A stretch of DNA of 64,000 nucleotides from Podarcis gaigeae (lineage: Eukaryota): the NCBI GenBank assembly GCA_964106915.2, contig OZ066923.1; one strand, written 5' to 3'. Below the pieces are notes generated by a model that had not been told where the DNA came from, made no database searches, and worked only from the letters and a program-made list of their open reading frames with translations. Positions 38,048-51,322 of the stretch are shown piece by piece. The position numbers were made by a program, and so were the translations under genes. Each line of letters begins with the position of its first letter. The stretch's first letter is position 1.

Positions 38048-39849
38048 ACTCCTGTTATGTGAGGGTTTTTGTTTGTTCTCAAGAGGAGATAGGAGGAATT
38101 GAACCTGGGAATTGAAGGCTGTTTTGCAGTTATACGTTCCTAGCTCCGATTCCTGCATTGCAGTGGGCTGGAGCAGATGATCCCTTGGGACCTTTCCCTC
38201 TTTGCAATTTTATTATTCTACCTATGGGTCTTTCCAGATGCATGTGTTTGGTGCAAGTGTCCCTTTTTCACAGGGAAAGATGCTTATGACAATTCATACC
38301 ATCTAGCGTGGTATTGTCAGCAACGACTGGCCAGCAGCTCTCCCCACCCACCCACCCACACCAGCAATGTCCTGCAATTTTGTGGGCCTCTTCTTTTGAT
38401 AAAATACGTTTATTTTAAAGTTGTAAATCCTCATCTCCAGTAGTGGAGCACACAATTTTCCTCTTTGTTCTAACCAGGGAGCAGAAAAGAGCTCTCTCCC
38501 CAACTCTTTTCCATCCACAGGGACAGGGCATTGTGCTACTGACTCAGGATCCATGCTTGTGTGTTTATAAAGCTTTCAGGAAAGGGCAGAGTTTTAAAAC
38601 CATTTTAAAGGCCAGACAGTGATGAGGATGGAAATGTGAAAAGAAATTCGATATAAGGTAGGATTTGAATACAGAGCATGCAGGGGAGATAAAACAACAA
38701 AGAGTTTTGTGGCACTTATATAGAATAGCAAATTTATTAATGCCTAAGCATCTGTTGACTACAGTTCACTTCATCAGATGTAACCCCTCTGGAAACTGAG
38801 AAGAAGATAATGTCAGAAACTGGAGATGAATGTTAATGTCAGAATTTTCTGGAGCAAATGCTTTATTGATTTTGACAGTTGACAACGCATATGGTAAAAA
38901 ATACCAAACAAGCCTGGCAAACTGTGTTCCCCACCTCTTCGCTCCTCCTGTTTTTCACTCTTCATTGCCCCTTTTGTGCTTCTCAAAATGACTAACCAGC
39001 CTGTTCTTTAGAGCACAGGCAAAACTGAAGTAACTTTCTTTGACGAGAGCCTCTGGCCCTGCCTGAGAGATGTCACTGTGGATTCTTCATGTGCTGTGCC
39101 AAGGCCCCAATGATTAATGCTGCGTGCCTGACAAGTTGTGTCAACTGTTCTGTGGGTTGCAAGCTAAAAGCTGACCTCAGCAAATGGGGTGGGAAAGAGG
39201 GCAAAGAGAATTCTTCCTATGGGATTTTCAGTCTTACTCTATGTACATTAAGGAACTCTGTTGCAGCTGCAGATCTCCAGGACACAGCTGCAAATTATGT
39301 ATGGAAATGTATAGAAGTAATAAACAAAGGTGCTTCTGGACACCAGCAGAGTGCATATTCAAGACAGCTGAGTTAAAAAAAACTTCCAGAGAGGTTGCAT
39401 TTTAGCCTATTACAGGGTGGGGAAACCAGAGACTGTAGTATTCTAAATTTCTGATTCTATAGCTTTTGTGGACTAGCATCCTGTTCATCTGATGAAGTGG
39501 AATCTAGTCCATGAAAGCTTGTGCCATCACCATTGCGTTAGTCTTTAAGGTACTGCAGGACTTGTTTCCACTGCTGATAGAACCTGCTCACCTCAAATAC
39601 TTGGGATTTGAGAGCAGGACTTTCAAGTCCAAGTCTGGCTTCCAAAGAGGCTGATTTCCCAGCACCTCTGTATTTCATCATTAATTACCATCAATTGCTT
39701 TCATTTCTCACTTCTTGCCATCATTCCTTATTCCTGCAGCAACTCCTTTCTGTGAAATGTCTATTCCTACTGGAAAAAAGGATACTTCTTGCTCCTTACG
39801 TTTTTCAGCAAAATCAGGGTTTTAAAAAACCAGTATTTCTCCTGATTAA

Positions 39850-39976
39850 GGTAAAGATAAAGGGACCCCTGACCATTAGGTCCAGTCGTGGCCGACTCTG
39901 GGATTGCGGCGCTCATCTCACTTTATTGGCCGAGGGAGCCGGCGTACAGCTTCCGGGTCATGTGGCCAGCATGACT
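39850..39976 (-). mobile_element. 5'-truncated Sauria SINE
   Basis: Tail half only; ~14-bp TSD TTTCT(C/A)CTGATTAA. Confidence 0.88.
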
Positions 39977-40029
39977 GATTTTTTCTACTGATTAATGACT
40001 AGTTGATGGAACTAGTTAACTAGTTTAAA

Positions 40030-40500
40030 TGCTTATTATTATTGATTTATTAATGGCCTTCTATAACACCGTCTTAAGGCAATCTACATATAATTTTAAA
40101 CAGTTAAAAACACAAATACATTGAAAACAAAAACAAAACCCTAACAAATGGACACTTGTGGTAAAGACCCATTTATGCAGCTGGGAAAATATGTGGGAAC
40201 AAAAATATATTCAGATGTTTCTAGAAAGCGCAGATAGTGGACGCTGGTCATATTTTGACAGAAATGCTATTCCACAGAATGGGGAAAGCCACACTAAAAG
40301 CCCTCCTCTGAGTTTCTGTGGAGCAGGCTTCTGAGATCTTTGGAACGTGCAGAAGAAACCGTTCTACAGACTGCAGCAATCTACAAACTGTATGAGGGAT
40401 ACAGGTGGTCTCTCAAGTAACCAGGTCCTGAGCTGTCCAGGGACTTTTATGTTAGCACCAATACCTTGAACTTGGCCCAGTAATAGAGTGGAAGTCAACC
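40030..40500 (-). mobile_element. Old L2-like 3' fragment
   Basis: TTATTATT tail complement, TTCCACAG...AAAAGCCCT, ACCTTGAACTTGGCCCAG motifs. Confidence 0.55.
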
Positions 40501-41384
40501 TGCCAATTGGATTCCAAGTCAGAAACTAGATAAATGACAAGAGCAGGCTCAAGTCTGGATCCCTCTCCTGCCCACTACAAATGACACATCTCATCCTCCC
40601 TCTTTTCAGTTATTTGGTGGGGACCTCAGTTCCCAAGCCTGCTGCTGAATGAGCTTTTGGGGTGCAAGCACGTAACTACTTGAGACTAGCAGAATGTAGT
40701 GAAGGAAATTGCCAGATTGCTTTATGAACAATTTTGTTTTGGAAATAACTTGTCAGGTTCAAAGCAAAGCCTTTTCCCCATAGAAGAGTCAGGATTGCGC
40801 CCAGGGTATTATCTTCCAAAAGAGATTGGTGCCATGATCCTAAAGGAAAGTGGTAGAGGAATGCTGCATGCGTTAAATTACCTTACAGGCTCTGTGCTCA
40901 GATCCTTTTGCAGAGGACTTTCCCCTCCACTTTAAAAGTGGTTAAGCTTCCTAATCCTTTCGTGTATATATTTGCTTAAATCGTTTATTAACCACCAGCG
41001 AGCTGCTTTCTGCATACAGAGAGATGGTGTTGGCTTTCTGATGCAGATAAGGACAATGGGATGAGAGAGTAATAAGTTTTGGATTACTCCCAACTTTGAT
41101 GCCTTTAACTCCCTGGGGACAGTTCTCCAGTGCAAGCACAAAAAAGTTTGTTTCTCATGTTCGGTAAATGTAATGTGTCTGACTATAAATGAAGGCATTC
41201 CTTGAGTTGCAAGCAGAATTATACCTCACATTTAAAATGTGGTGGGACAGTATCTCCTACTGTCAAGCTGAACGAAGGAGGTAGAAGCTATATTTTAAAA
41301 GTGTGACAGGCTGCGTAGCTTGTCCGTCCTACAAGATCCAACTCCCTCTGATTATTTCTCTGTGTTTCTGGCTTGCGCATTTAT

Positions 41385-41713
41385 GTTGTTGTTGTTTAGT
41401 CGTTTAGTCATGTCCGACTCTTCGTGACCCCATGGACCAGAGCACGCCAGGCACTCCTGTCTTCCACTGCCTCCCGCAGTTTGGTCAGACTCATGTTTGT
41501 AGCTTTGAGAACACTATCCAACCATCTCATCCTCTGTCGTCCCCTTCTCCTTGTGCCCTCCATCTTTCCCAACATCAGGGTCTTTTCCAGGGAGTCTTCT
41601 CTTCTCATGAGGTGGCCAAAGTATTGGAGCCTCAGCTTCATGATCTGTCCTTCCAGTGAGCACTCAGGGCTGATTTCCTTAAGAATGGATGCATTTGATC
41701 TTCTTGCAGTCCA
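41385..41713 (-). mobile_element. BovB LINE, 5'-truncated
   Basis: KLRLQYFGHLMRREDSLEKTLMLGK...WRALVHGVTKSRT, (CAA)n tail, 12-bp TSD TTGCGCATTTAT. Confidence 0.94.
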
Positions 41714-43372
41714 TTGCGCATTTATAGCTATAGATATATTCTAGTAAATCTTAAAATACATGTGCTTCATATCGCACTGCTAAAAACACCTTAAAATATA
41801 GTCAGTATTTAGGAAAGGATGTGTTTGGTTGCTACACTTTATTACTATATATTTTGGAAAGTTGTTTGTACATCTGTTCACTTTGCATTTGGGCACTTCC
41901 TAAGGTATTGCAACCAAATTTTGCATGATGGATCTCAGTAAAAGATCTCCACAGTTCTCACTGAAAAATGTGCACGTCTGTCTTCATTTACATGTCAATA
42001 ACTTAACTAAGAGATGTTTTTAAGGGACATCAATTTTAGCTGGAACAGTGTAACTGATTTGAAAAATCTGCTGCTGTAAGTTGGCGGTTTTATTGAGCAG
42101 TCAGTTATTTTCCCTATTTTTGTTTGCATATGAATCTATGCTTTTACATGTGAATTGAGTCTCCTGTATAGGCTTGGTGGGTGTGGGTGGGTGAATGGGT
42201 GAATGTGCAGTTATTTATCCAGCCAGCATTGATCACACTCAGAATAGACACACTTAAATGAATGGATTTAATGAACTAAGTTTCATTCATTTCAGTGGGT
42301 CTACTCTCAGTAAAAAAATAGTTGGCTACAATCCTCTATATTCCCCCACCCCCATTTCTGTTTACATGATCCGCCTCTGCTCAGGTTTTCTCTTCCTTTT
42401 AATGAGCCTTCCATGTCTCTCTGAGTTATTTTTGTTTAACAGGAGCTTGAATATTTTTTATTGGCTGCGCAAAATCCCATCTGCCCCTCTCTGTGAGCTC
42501 CGGGGGGGGGGGGGGCTGCATCTATGCCACTGCATTTCAGGAAACGACTCATTTCACTCTATTACTCCAAATGTGAGCTAACAAAAAAAGGGATAGATGT
42601 GGTGGCAGAGGCCGGAGGGGGGCAAGAGATGGAAAGGAGTGTGGAGAGGGGAGGAGAAAACAATCACAACACATCAACAGGTTGACCCGATTGCTTTGGA
42701 ACATTTGTCCCTCCGACAAGTCCCTTTGTGAAAGGCTTTGACACATGTTCTCTTCATCTTTTGGGCTGGGAGCAGCGCTGAGTGACGGATCACAGGGAGC
42801 AGGCAGCCTTTGGGTTAGATGCACGGGAGGACAAGGCCTGGGCCTAGTGCTGGGCAAGAAGAGCTGATTCAGCAACCGGAGCAAACTTTGATAGTTAATA
42901 ATACATGAAGTGAATTAGGTGCTGACAGCTCTCAAGCTCGGAGCCTTCGCTATGTAATTATGTACTGTTGAACTTACAAAATGTCTTATTTTTGGAAAAG
43001 AGTCGGAGCACATTATAATTAAGCATTCATGTAGCACTTCTGATCTGGAGAGCATTTGATAAGCTTCATCTTTGCTGTAACCCCATGAAATAGTTCACCC
43101 ATTTTACAGACGGGAAGCTGAAGCTGAGAGAGGAGCGATTGGCCTCAGTGAACGCCGGGCTGTCTGAAGCTGGGATTCAAATTTATGTTTCTTAGAATCA
43201 AAACCACTAGAATGCAGAAACGTTCTGTTACCCCATTTATGTCCCCCTCCTTTTGTAACAAATGCCAGAAAAATTAGCTATGTTGGTCAATTGCAATAAA
43301 GCCAACATAGAATCAGCTGGCACATTTCTTGCAATGTAAGCATTTGTGGGCCTGAGCCTGCTTTGTTAGATG

Positions 43373-43375
<3 letters not shown>

Positions 43376-43405
<30 letters not shown>
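43376..43405. repeat. (CA)n microsatellite
   Basis: Directly visible. Confidence 0.95.
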
Positions 43406-43408
<3 letters not shown>

Positions 43409-46400
43409 GGGAGGAAAGAAAAAAAGTGAGAGGGAAAGGTCAATACAAGAGATAGCTATTGGTATGTTATAGTTGTATTCAGAGCACACATTAATACAGA
43501 ATCCAGTCTGATGATGACTAGGCACAGAATGATCAATAGCACGAGCCAAGACAATTTCTTCTTGTAATGAGCTAGCCGTATCCTGCGTTTGTTGAGGCTG
43601 AATCCCAAAGTGTCAAATTTGCTAAGGCATTCCAGTTTGGCAGCTGCATGTTGGTGGACTCTGTTTGAGGTGGTTGTTGTTGTTTTTTACAGTTATTAAT
43701 ATATGATTCGTTTCCATGTATCTCTTTATGTAAAGACCTGGCTAGTCAGCCTATGCAAACAGCAAAAGGGCACTGCTGGCAGATGACAGCATATATTGTG
43801 TTAGATTAGAAGATGTGTAGTTGATTGTTCTTAGGGGGATCCCCTTGCTGAGAAGAATTTGCTTCAAAATGGCCCCTGTCCTGTAAATGCAGTAGGCATG
43901 AGGACTGAAGCATTTCCTGTTGGGAAATAACTGGGGAATACAGGTTAATCCTGGAGTCACACATCTGTGGGGAACTGCAAAGAAAAAATGGCTGACCCTG
44001 AATTTGAAAATAGCAGGAGGGGATTTGAACTTAGTCTTTAGCCAAAACAGTCCACCAGCAGAGTTTAAAACACAGATCTATGCAGCATTTGCAAAGTATG
44101 GGGGATATCTGTTGTTAGACCTTTAAATGTCCCACTATTGAGCACTTACAATTCTCACCTGGCTCTACCCCTCTCGGATTGAATAGACAACAGCATTTAG
44201 TAAGTTTAAATGCTTTACTTATAGTAATCACAGGTCTCACTCATGCATGTGTCATTTCAGCAGAAATGACACAAACAAACAAAAAGAACTTGGTCTCAAA
44301 CATGTGGTCTGATTCTGAAGCACCAGCCTTGGACATGTGCTCAGCTTACATGGCTCAAAAAGAACAGAGAGAAAGGAACAGGAAACAAGCCTTTTTTCCT
44401 TCCTCCCCAAAGGTGAGGGGTCAATAACCAATCTGACTCTTCTCTGTGGTTTTTAACGCCTTTCTTACTGGCAATTATGCAGTTTTGTTTGGCTTCATAA
44501 ATCTCCCACATTTCCCCTGTGCTGTTATCTTGGAATAAGCACACCGGTGAATAGACTTTCTTGTAACATATTCCTCCTAAGAATAAGTATCTTTGCTTAA
44601 ATTACAGAGGCTTCGGGTAATGAGGAGACTATGGTGGGTTCTCTAATTCCTTGTGAGTACACATGGCAACCGTCAGGAGAATTCTGCCCTCTGCCCTGAT
44701 GGTGCGAGAGAGGAATGAGGCAGGCAATAGTATGCAAGCATACGCACAAATGCAGAGGAAGGATTTACACATACACATTGACTGCTTGACGAATGCAGCA
44801 TCAAACATTGACTTTCATCTGTGACTGGACAATTCTGAGGTGACGGTTCTTCTGTCTGGGGCATTGTGTGTTCTCCCAATGCCTTGTACACAACAGCGCT
44901 GAAAATGCACATCAAATGATGTGCATGCATGAGTGAACCAGACCTGAGGCTTCTCAAGATGCAAGGCAGGAGATCCATTGCTGTCTTCCAGTTGAATAGA
45001 TTGATGCACTTACAAAAAGCACTCTCAGAGCATAGGAGCACTTGTTTGACATGCTCGTGCTTGAAGTGAGTCCACTGGTATACATGCTCATTTTAGTTGT
45101 AAGACTTGGGTGGTTGGGGGCAAAATGGAGGCTTTCTACACACAAGGCACGGGCTTCACCACTGAGCGATGGCCCCCTTCTCAAATAGGGTTTGGTTCTC
45201 GAACTCATCAGTCAGTCATTTGCCAACTTTAATGCACTAGTTGTTGGCCTGGCTAACTTTCAGGATTAGAGTTGTTGCTAGAGTTGTCCTGCAAATGTAG
45301 AAGCATCCTTGGGAAAGGTGTAGGTGTATTCCTCTTCTCTTAGTGGGTATTTGAAAGGTGCATTTTGTGGATCCTAATTCACACACCCCTGGGCTGTGGA
45401 ATGCCCTGTCACTCTTTCCTCAAGGGCCCAGGCAAGACCAAGTATTTCCCCCACCACTCAATGAATGGGCACACAAATATACATCAGTGAAGTATTACAG
45501 TTCAACTGTTTCTTACAGCGTGCCAAGGAAAAAGGGCTTTGTGTAAGCAGACTCCAGCGTGCACCATGAAAGAGCAGAACAAAACCATATTTCAGTGGAG
45601 CCAGTTCATTAACTGGTTAAAATACCTATGACAGTATTTCAGTGCATGTGGCATTTTGATGCAATTTAATGAAGGAGAAAAGGCTTTGTTGTCAAACTCT
45701 CACAGACAAACCATTTATTGTTTGGAAAGTGCATCACCTGTTTGGGGAAAAAGAACATAAATTGTTTATGACAGTTCCATCAGCCCTGCAAATTCTTCCA
45801 CAGGGGACCGCACTGAATTTTAACATGATTCATGAATTAATTGATTAATTATACCAATTAATTCTATCAGCTCTAATCCCTTTTGATCTGAATGTTCAGG
45901 AGCAAGGCTTCAGAGATTTGGGTTCTCCTTTTGATCCCCTTTCCTGTGACACTCAGCCTCATTCCTTGCTTCTCTAAAGAGGAGCTAGCGATAGCTGACG
46001 TGCCTGCCATAAAGAGGGATTTAAGAACACATGGAGAGGCCTGCTGGAATAGACCAGATGTTCATTCGGTTCCCCACAGTGGCAAACTAGATGCTTCCAA
46101 AGCAGCTCACAAGTAGGCCATGGAAGCCATCAGCCAGCCCTCCCCACAGCGCTTTCCAGTTCAGACCCACCATTAGACAGAGGGAGGAAGCAGCCACCTC
46201 AGGCTGCAGATCCTGAGTAGCAGGAAGCAGCATTGAGGTCTTGGAGGAGAGACCTGCATATGCTGTACTGTCTGTCTACCCAGCATCCCCTAAGGTAGCC
46301 TTTTGCCCTCAGTTGCACTGCCCTGTTGCTGGAGCAAGATTCAGCTGCCAGTCCTATCCACTTCTGCATGTAGGAATAGAGGAAGTTGCCTTATACTAAG

Positions 46401-46783
46401 TCAAACCATTGGCCCATCAACCTCAATATTGTCTTCGCTGATTAACGTAAGAACAGCCTGCTGGATCAGGCCAATGACCCATCTAATCCAGTATAATTTT
46501 CTCATGGTGGCCAACCAGATGTTGGTGGGGAACTAGCATCAGCTCTCCAGGATTTTAGATAGGGATCACACTCAACTCTTCCTGGAAATGCTATGAAGTA
46601 GGTGATCTACAGCTGAGCTACAGCCCTTCCCCCAAGGAAGTGGGGGCAGAACCATCTTGCCATTCATCCCAGGCAGCAAAATGTCTGAGGCCAGCCCTGA
46701 GCACCTGACATCCCATGACATACAGCCTCCAAACATTTTTACAGGTTCTTTCTTTATAGATGCAAACTAAAGTAAAAGAGCCA

Positions 46784-47125
46784 GGGACACGGGTGGCGCT
46801 GTGGGTTAAACCACTGAGCCTAGGACTTGCCGATCAGAAGGTCGGCGGTTTGAATCCCGGTGACGGGGTGAGCTCCCGTCGCTCGGTCCCTGCTCCTGCC
46901 AACCTAGCAGTTTGAAAGCACATCAAAGTGCAAATAGATAAATAGGTACCGCTTTGGCGGGAAGGTAAACGGCGTTTCTGTGTGCTGCTCTGGTTCACCT
47001 TAGTCATGCCGGCCACATGACCCGGAAGCTGTATGTCGGCTCCCTCGGCCAATAAAGCGAGATGAGTGCCGCAACCCCAGAGTCGGTCACAACTAGACCT
47101 AATGGTCAGGGGTCCCTTTACCTTT
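46784..47125 (+). mobile_element. Sauria SINE, full length
   Basis: GGGACACGGGTGGCGCTGTGGGTTAAACC head, CCTTTACCTTT tail, imperfect TSD GTAAAAG(A)AGCCA. Confidence 0.93.
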
Positions 47126-50100
47126 AAGGTAAAAGAAGCCATGTTCTAAGCCATTGCCCTGTTAGAGGCAAACTTGCCCCCCCTCCCTTATAGCTGTCAG
47201 GCCAACTAGTATAAGCCATTGTATTGACTGACAGGCACCCAGGAGCTTAATTTGTTTTAAATTAAAATGGTTCATTATTAACTTTAAGTGGCACGTTCAT
47301 CTAGTTGTAAATAGGTTGTTTCCATTTCAGGTTGACTTTGAGGCTTTCCCTCCATACCCTCATTTCAGATTTAAAAAAATGTTTCTCCATTCTGGTCTTA
47401 AAATGCGTTGGCTTTGTATTAAGTGACCTTTATTGCAATGGAATAGTACATCTAAATGGGAGCATTTTGAAGTGAGAGTGCCCCGAAAAATGGAAGAGTC
47501 ACTCCTCTTCACCCCTTAATGAATTTTTTAAAAAGAAAAGAAACAAAATATTTCCTTTTTAACAGCTCTCAGGTTGAGGGGTCTATGCTAGGTCATTGTC
47601 ACTGTCTGAGCCGGCCCTCAGCCTCCCCCACACCACAGTCAGGAGTGCGCACCCTGCTGCTTCTTGAAACTGCTCTGCTTTAAAGGTTATTCAGGAAAAA
47701 ATCCTGCTGCGTAGGCTGCAGGGTTTTGTGAAAGCCCAGATACTCTATTTGTCTGTGTTTCCCTTAATTGGGGTGCAGCAGGTCAAGCCTGCAATAGAGA
47801 TGCAGCCATACCTGAAACAAGACTTTCACCTCATCGAAGCCAGCAGAGATTTTGTTATTGACTTCCAGCGAGGGCACTTGGCACAAATCTCCTCCAGGGA
47901 AGATTCATAAAATCCAAAGTCACTCTAAGGCTGCAATCCTATGCACACATTTGCTTGAGCTCACAGACTTATATCTGAGCGCATAGGATTGGCCTGCTGG
48001 GGCATTTTCACACAGGGTGCTTAAAGTGACTCTTTGCTCTTTCAGTTTGTGCTGTGAATGCCCACCCTCTCTCCCCATCCAGTCGTTTATCAGAATGCAC
48101 ATTTGCATTACATAAATGCCTCTCTTCCACTCTCCCTTCTGCCTTAATAAGGACCAGACATGCTCATAAATAGCATACAAGGAGCTCTCAAAGACCACTT
48201 AAGTTACATGTCCAAAAATACTCTATAAGCCAATCTCTCTGTCTCCCTGTGACTAAGATGGAATGAGACCATGGGCCAGTCAGGCTTCATGAGCCTCTGT
48301 TCCACTCAGGATTAGACCTGTATAACCACATGTTTCTCTTTCCTCATAAGACACCTCAGCTCCTGCTACCCCCTTTCCTTATGCAATACTGGAAAGCTCT
48401 GTGCTTGGCCACCACCTCAGCTCCAAACCAAACCCCTCTCTCTGACTTGGGTTCCTCCAGCTTGATTTATTATCCTCCCCACTCCCCCGACCTAATATAT
48501 TCAACTCCCACCTTTCAAGGAGTCTAGCAATAAATGAAAACACTTAAGACTTTTAAAAAAGTTAATGGTGACTTATGAAGGCTCTGTGGGAAATGCCTCC
48601 TTCTTCAGGCCTTATACTCCCCTCCTTCTGGTCTTTCAATTAGTTTTCCTTGAAGGTTTCAAGGTGACCATCTGAGGTCTCCCCTTGAATCCCTCATCCC
48701 AGCTCACATTTCCTTCCTGCACTTATTTCCTCCAGCGTAGTCAGCTGAGAGAAGTCTGCTTAGCCTTCCTTGGGAATGGCCTGATGGTGAGAAAATCAAC
48801 TTTTAATAAGCCCTGAGAGGCAGATCCAGACACTATTGCCTACAAGAATTCAGTTTCTATTCCCCTCATGTCCCTCCGTTATTTGCCTTCTGGCATATCA
48901 GTCCTTCCTAGAACGTTATTGGAGCCAAACTGGGTGAAGTAAGGATATATCATCCTATGTGCATGGTTCATTCAGAGCACAGGACTTGCTCAGCTTTGCT
49001 TGATGCTAGGTGGTTTAGGCTCCTAATGCTAGTCAGTCCGGCCCACAAGGAATAGGACAAATGTGCCTTCTCAAAGATGAAAGGCAGCAGGGTGGAAAGA
49101 ACCCATTGTAGTTTATCTCCCCCAAGCAGTTCAGGGTGCCATGTATGCCCTTAGCAAAGAAAAAAGTTGGAATTTGGATATGTATGGAATGAGTGAGCAG
49201 GAAAGATCCATCACAGAAGGTAGGGGTGGGATATGAACAAGGATGACATCATTATTTTACAGTGGACTGAAATGTCATGTGAGTGTATTATTCTGGCAGT
49301 TGTTCTGGTAAGCCAGTTTTTAGCAGGGGGCATAGTTCCATTTGAGCAAGGGCTGAAGAGTCAGCACCATTAGGAAGCTAAGATGCAGGTGAAGTGCTCC
49401 ATCAGCCACCCCTCCCAGAGGGAGCAGCAACAGATACTCCACCTCGCCTTTCGTTCATTAGCTGTTCAGTTCTGTGCATGATCCAGGACAACAGAAAACA
49501 GAACTAAAGAGTTCAGATTTTTTCCTGTCCTGTTCTGACCATGAGCCCACAGGGCTCATGGAAATTGTCTGACAGTGGCTCACCTGGTCAATTGTCAAGT
49601 CACATAGTTAGGGAGATTGTAGTGGCAGGCTGGAATTTCAGGACCTTGGATAGCTGCAAGTGAACATCTTGCTCTGTATGAGCTGTGGACCTCAACTGAG
49701 ATCCTTTAACTTCTCTGGGCTAGATCACCCCTCCAAGGCTCTGCTCCCTTCCTGACCAGCAGAACATTAAAGGAACATTCTTCTGGCCCAGAGCTTGCCA
49801 CTCAGTTACTTACCAGACATCTCCCACCTTGGGTGTTGCTTTCCCTTGTTGCCAAACAGGCATGGGAGTGAGGAGGATGAGGCTCCTATTGTAATGGGGA
49901 AAGGTTCCTCACGGGAATCTGACTCAGGAGTGCTCACTTGGGAGTCCCGAATTGGAAGTTTTGATTCACAGTGCTCTTGGCTGATAGGCTTTAGTTCAGG
50001 CTCAGTGTTGGACCCTGTCTGGGTTCTGCATCAATGCAGCTTTACGCTGCTGGTCTTTCAGTCTCAGCTGTGTTCCTTCCTCTCTGTGCCACTCAGGGCC

Positions 50101-50309
50101 AGTCAAGGTTAAGACAGGTTCTTATGGAAAACAGGACACTGCCAAAACTCCTGCTGCTGTTCACAGCAAGAAGGAAATTGTTTTAAAAATCATTCGCCAG
50201 CATCTCACTTGGTGTTGGTGTGAGGCGTGATTGAAGCATAATGCCATGTGCACCATAAAAAATTACCTATTCAAATACAGCTCTCTTTCCATTAAATTCT
50301 GGACTGTCT

Positions 50310-50434
50310 TTCATTGGAGGTTTTTAAACAGAGACGTGGTGGCTATCTGCCAGGGGTTCTTTAGCTGTGATTCCTGCTTTGCAAGGGATAGGACAAGATG
50401 ATGCTTTGGGTCCCTTACAATTCTATGATTCTAT
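50310..50434 (+). mobile_element. CR1 3' tail fragment
   Basis: GGAGGTTTTTAAACAGAG...GATTCCTGC...TCCCTTACAATTCTATGATTCTAT. Confidence 0.75.
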
Positions 50435-51076
50435 AAAATGAGGTTTGTGCAAGCTACATCTCCAAAGCCTAGCCCATGGGTCCCTGGCTTGCTAATGCTG
50501 ATTGGACTAGTAATGCAATTTTATTTATACATAAAGCCAGTTCAATGAAACATAGACTTGGGAAGTTGGGAACAGGGGGTTAAACACACTCAGCATCACT
50601 TTTACACCATGCTTGGGACAGCTCTGTGTATTTACTTGCTTATTTAGTTGACCTTTCTACCCTGCCTTTCTATCAGACCAGCCCACCAGGCCAGCTCATG
50701 ACATCTCATTAATAAAACTATTGTAACAAAGCAGTTTAAAACAATGACACATAAAACACAACCAACATGAGAACAGAACCAAACACACACACACACACAA
50801 AAAAAAATCAGGAAGAGCACCAAATAATTACTTCTTAAGCCCCAAAGATATTCTTAAAAAACCCAGCTTTTGCTGCTTGTCAAAAGGTCAGCAGTGAAGT
50901 GCACTGGCAGGTTCTCATCACCATAGAAAAATAATAAGAATGGATGGGGGGGCATTCATATCCACCATGCTTTGAATGTCAAGGGGACAATCAACAGGGG
51001 AGCACACAGGTATGTTCATGGGGAGGGGAGAGGTCTTTCAGATGTCCTAGTCCCAGACTTCTGAAGATCTTAAGGG

Positions 51077-51322
51077 CACTGGTGGAGGAAGGGGGGTGCG
51101 GTGGGTGCGGCCCGCCCCAGGTGTCATCCTTGAAAGAGGGTGACATCGCCGCCCTGCCCCCCTAGTATGCTTGCCATGGGCGGTGCCCCCCCCCCCCCAG
51201 GATGCTTGCCACGGGTGGCGCCCCCCTAGGACGCTAGCCTCACCCCCACAGGCGGCTAGCCCTGCCCCCAAGTGCACAGCATGTGCCCACTCTGGGTGCC
51301 AAAGCAGCTAGCTCCACCTCTG
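51077..51322. mobile_element. GC-rich non-autonomous hAT element inside an old L2 fragment
   Basis: TIRs CACTGGTGGAG / CTCCACCTCTG, perfect 8-bp TSD CTTAAGGG. Confidence 0.85.

Noticed and set aside
49526-50116. Fourth solo LTR (TGTC...GACA)
   Set aside because: Termini are plausible but the flanks (TTTCC vs GGTTC) give no convincing TSD.
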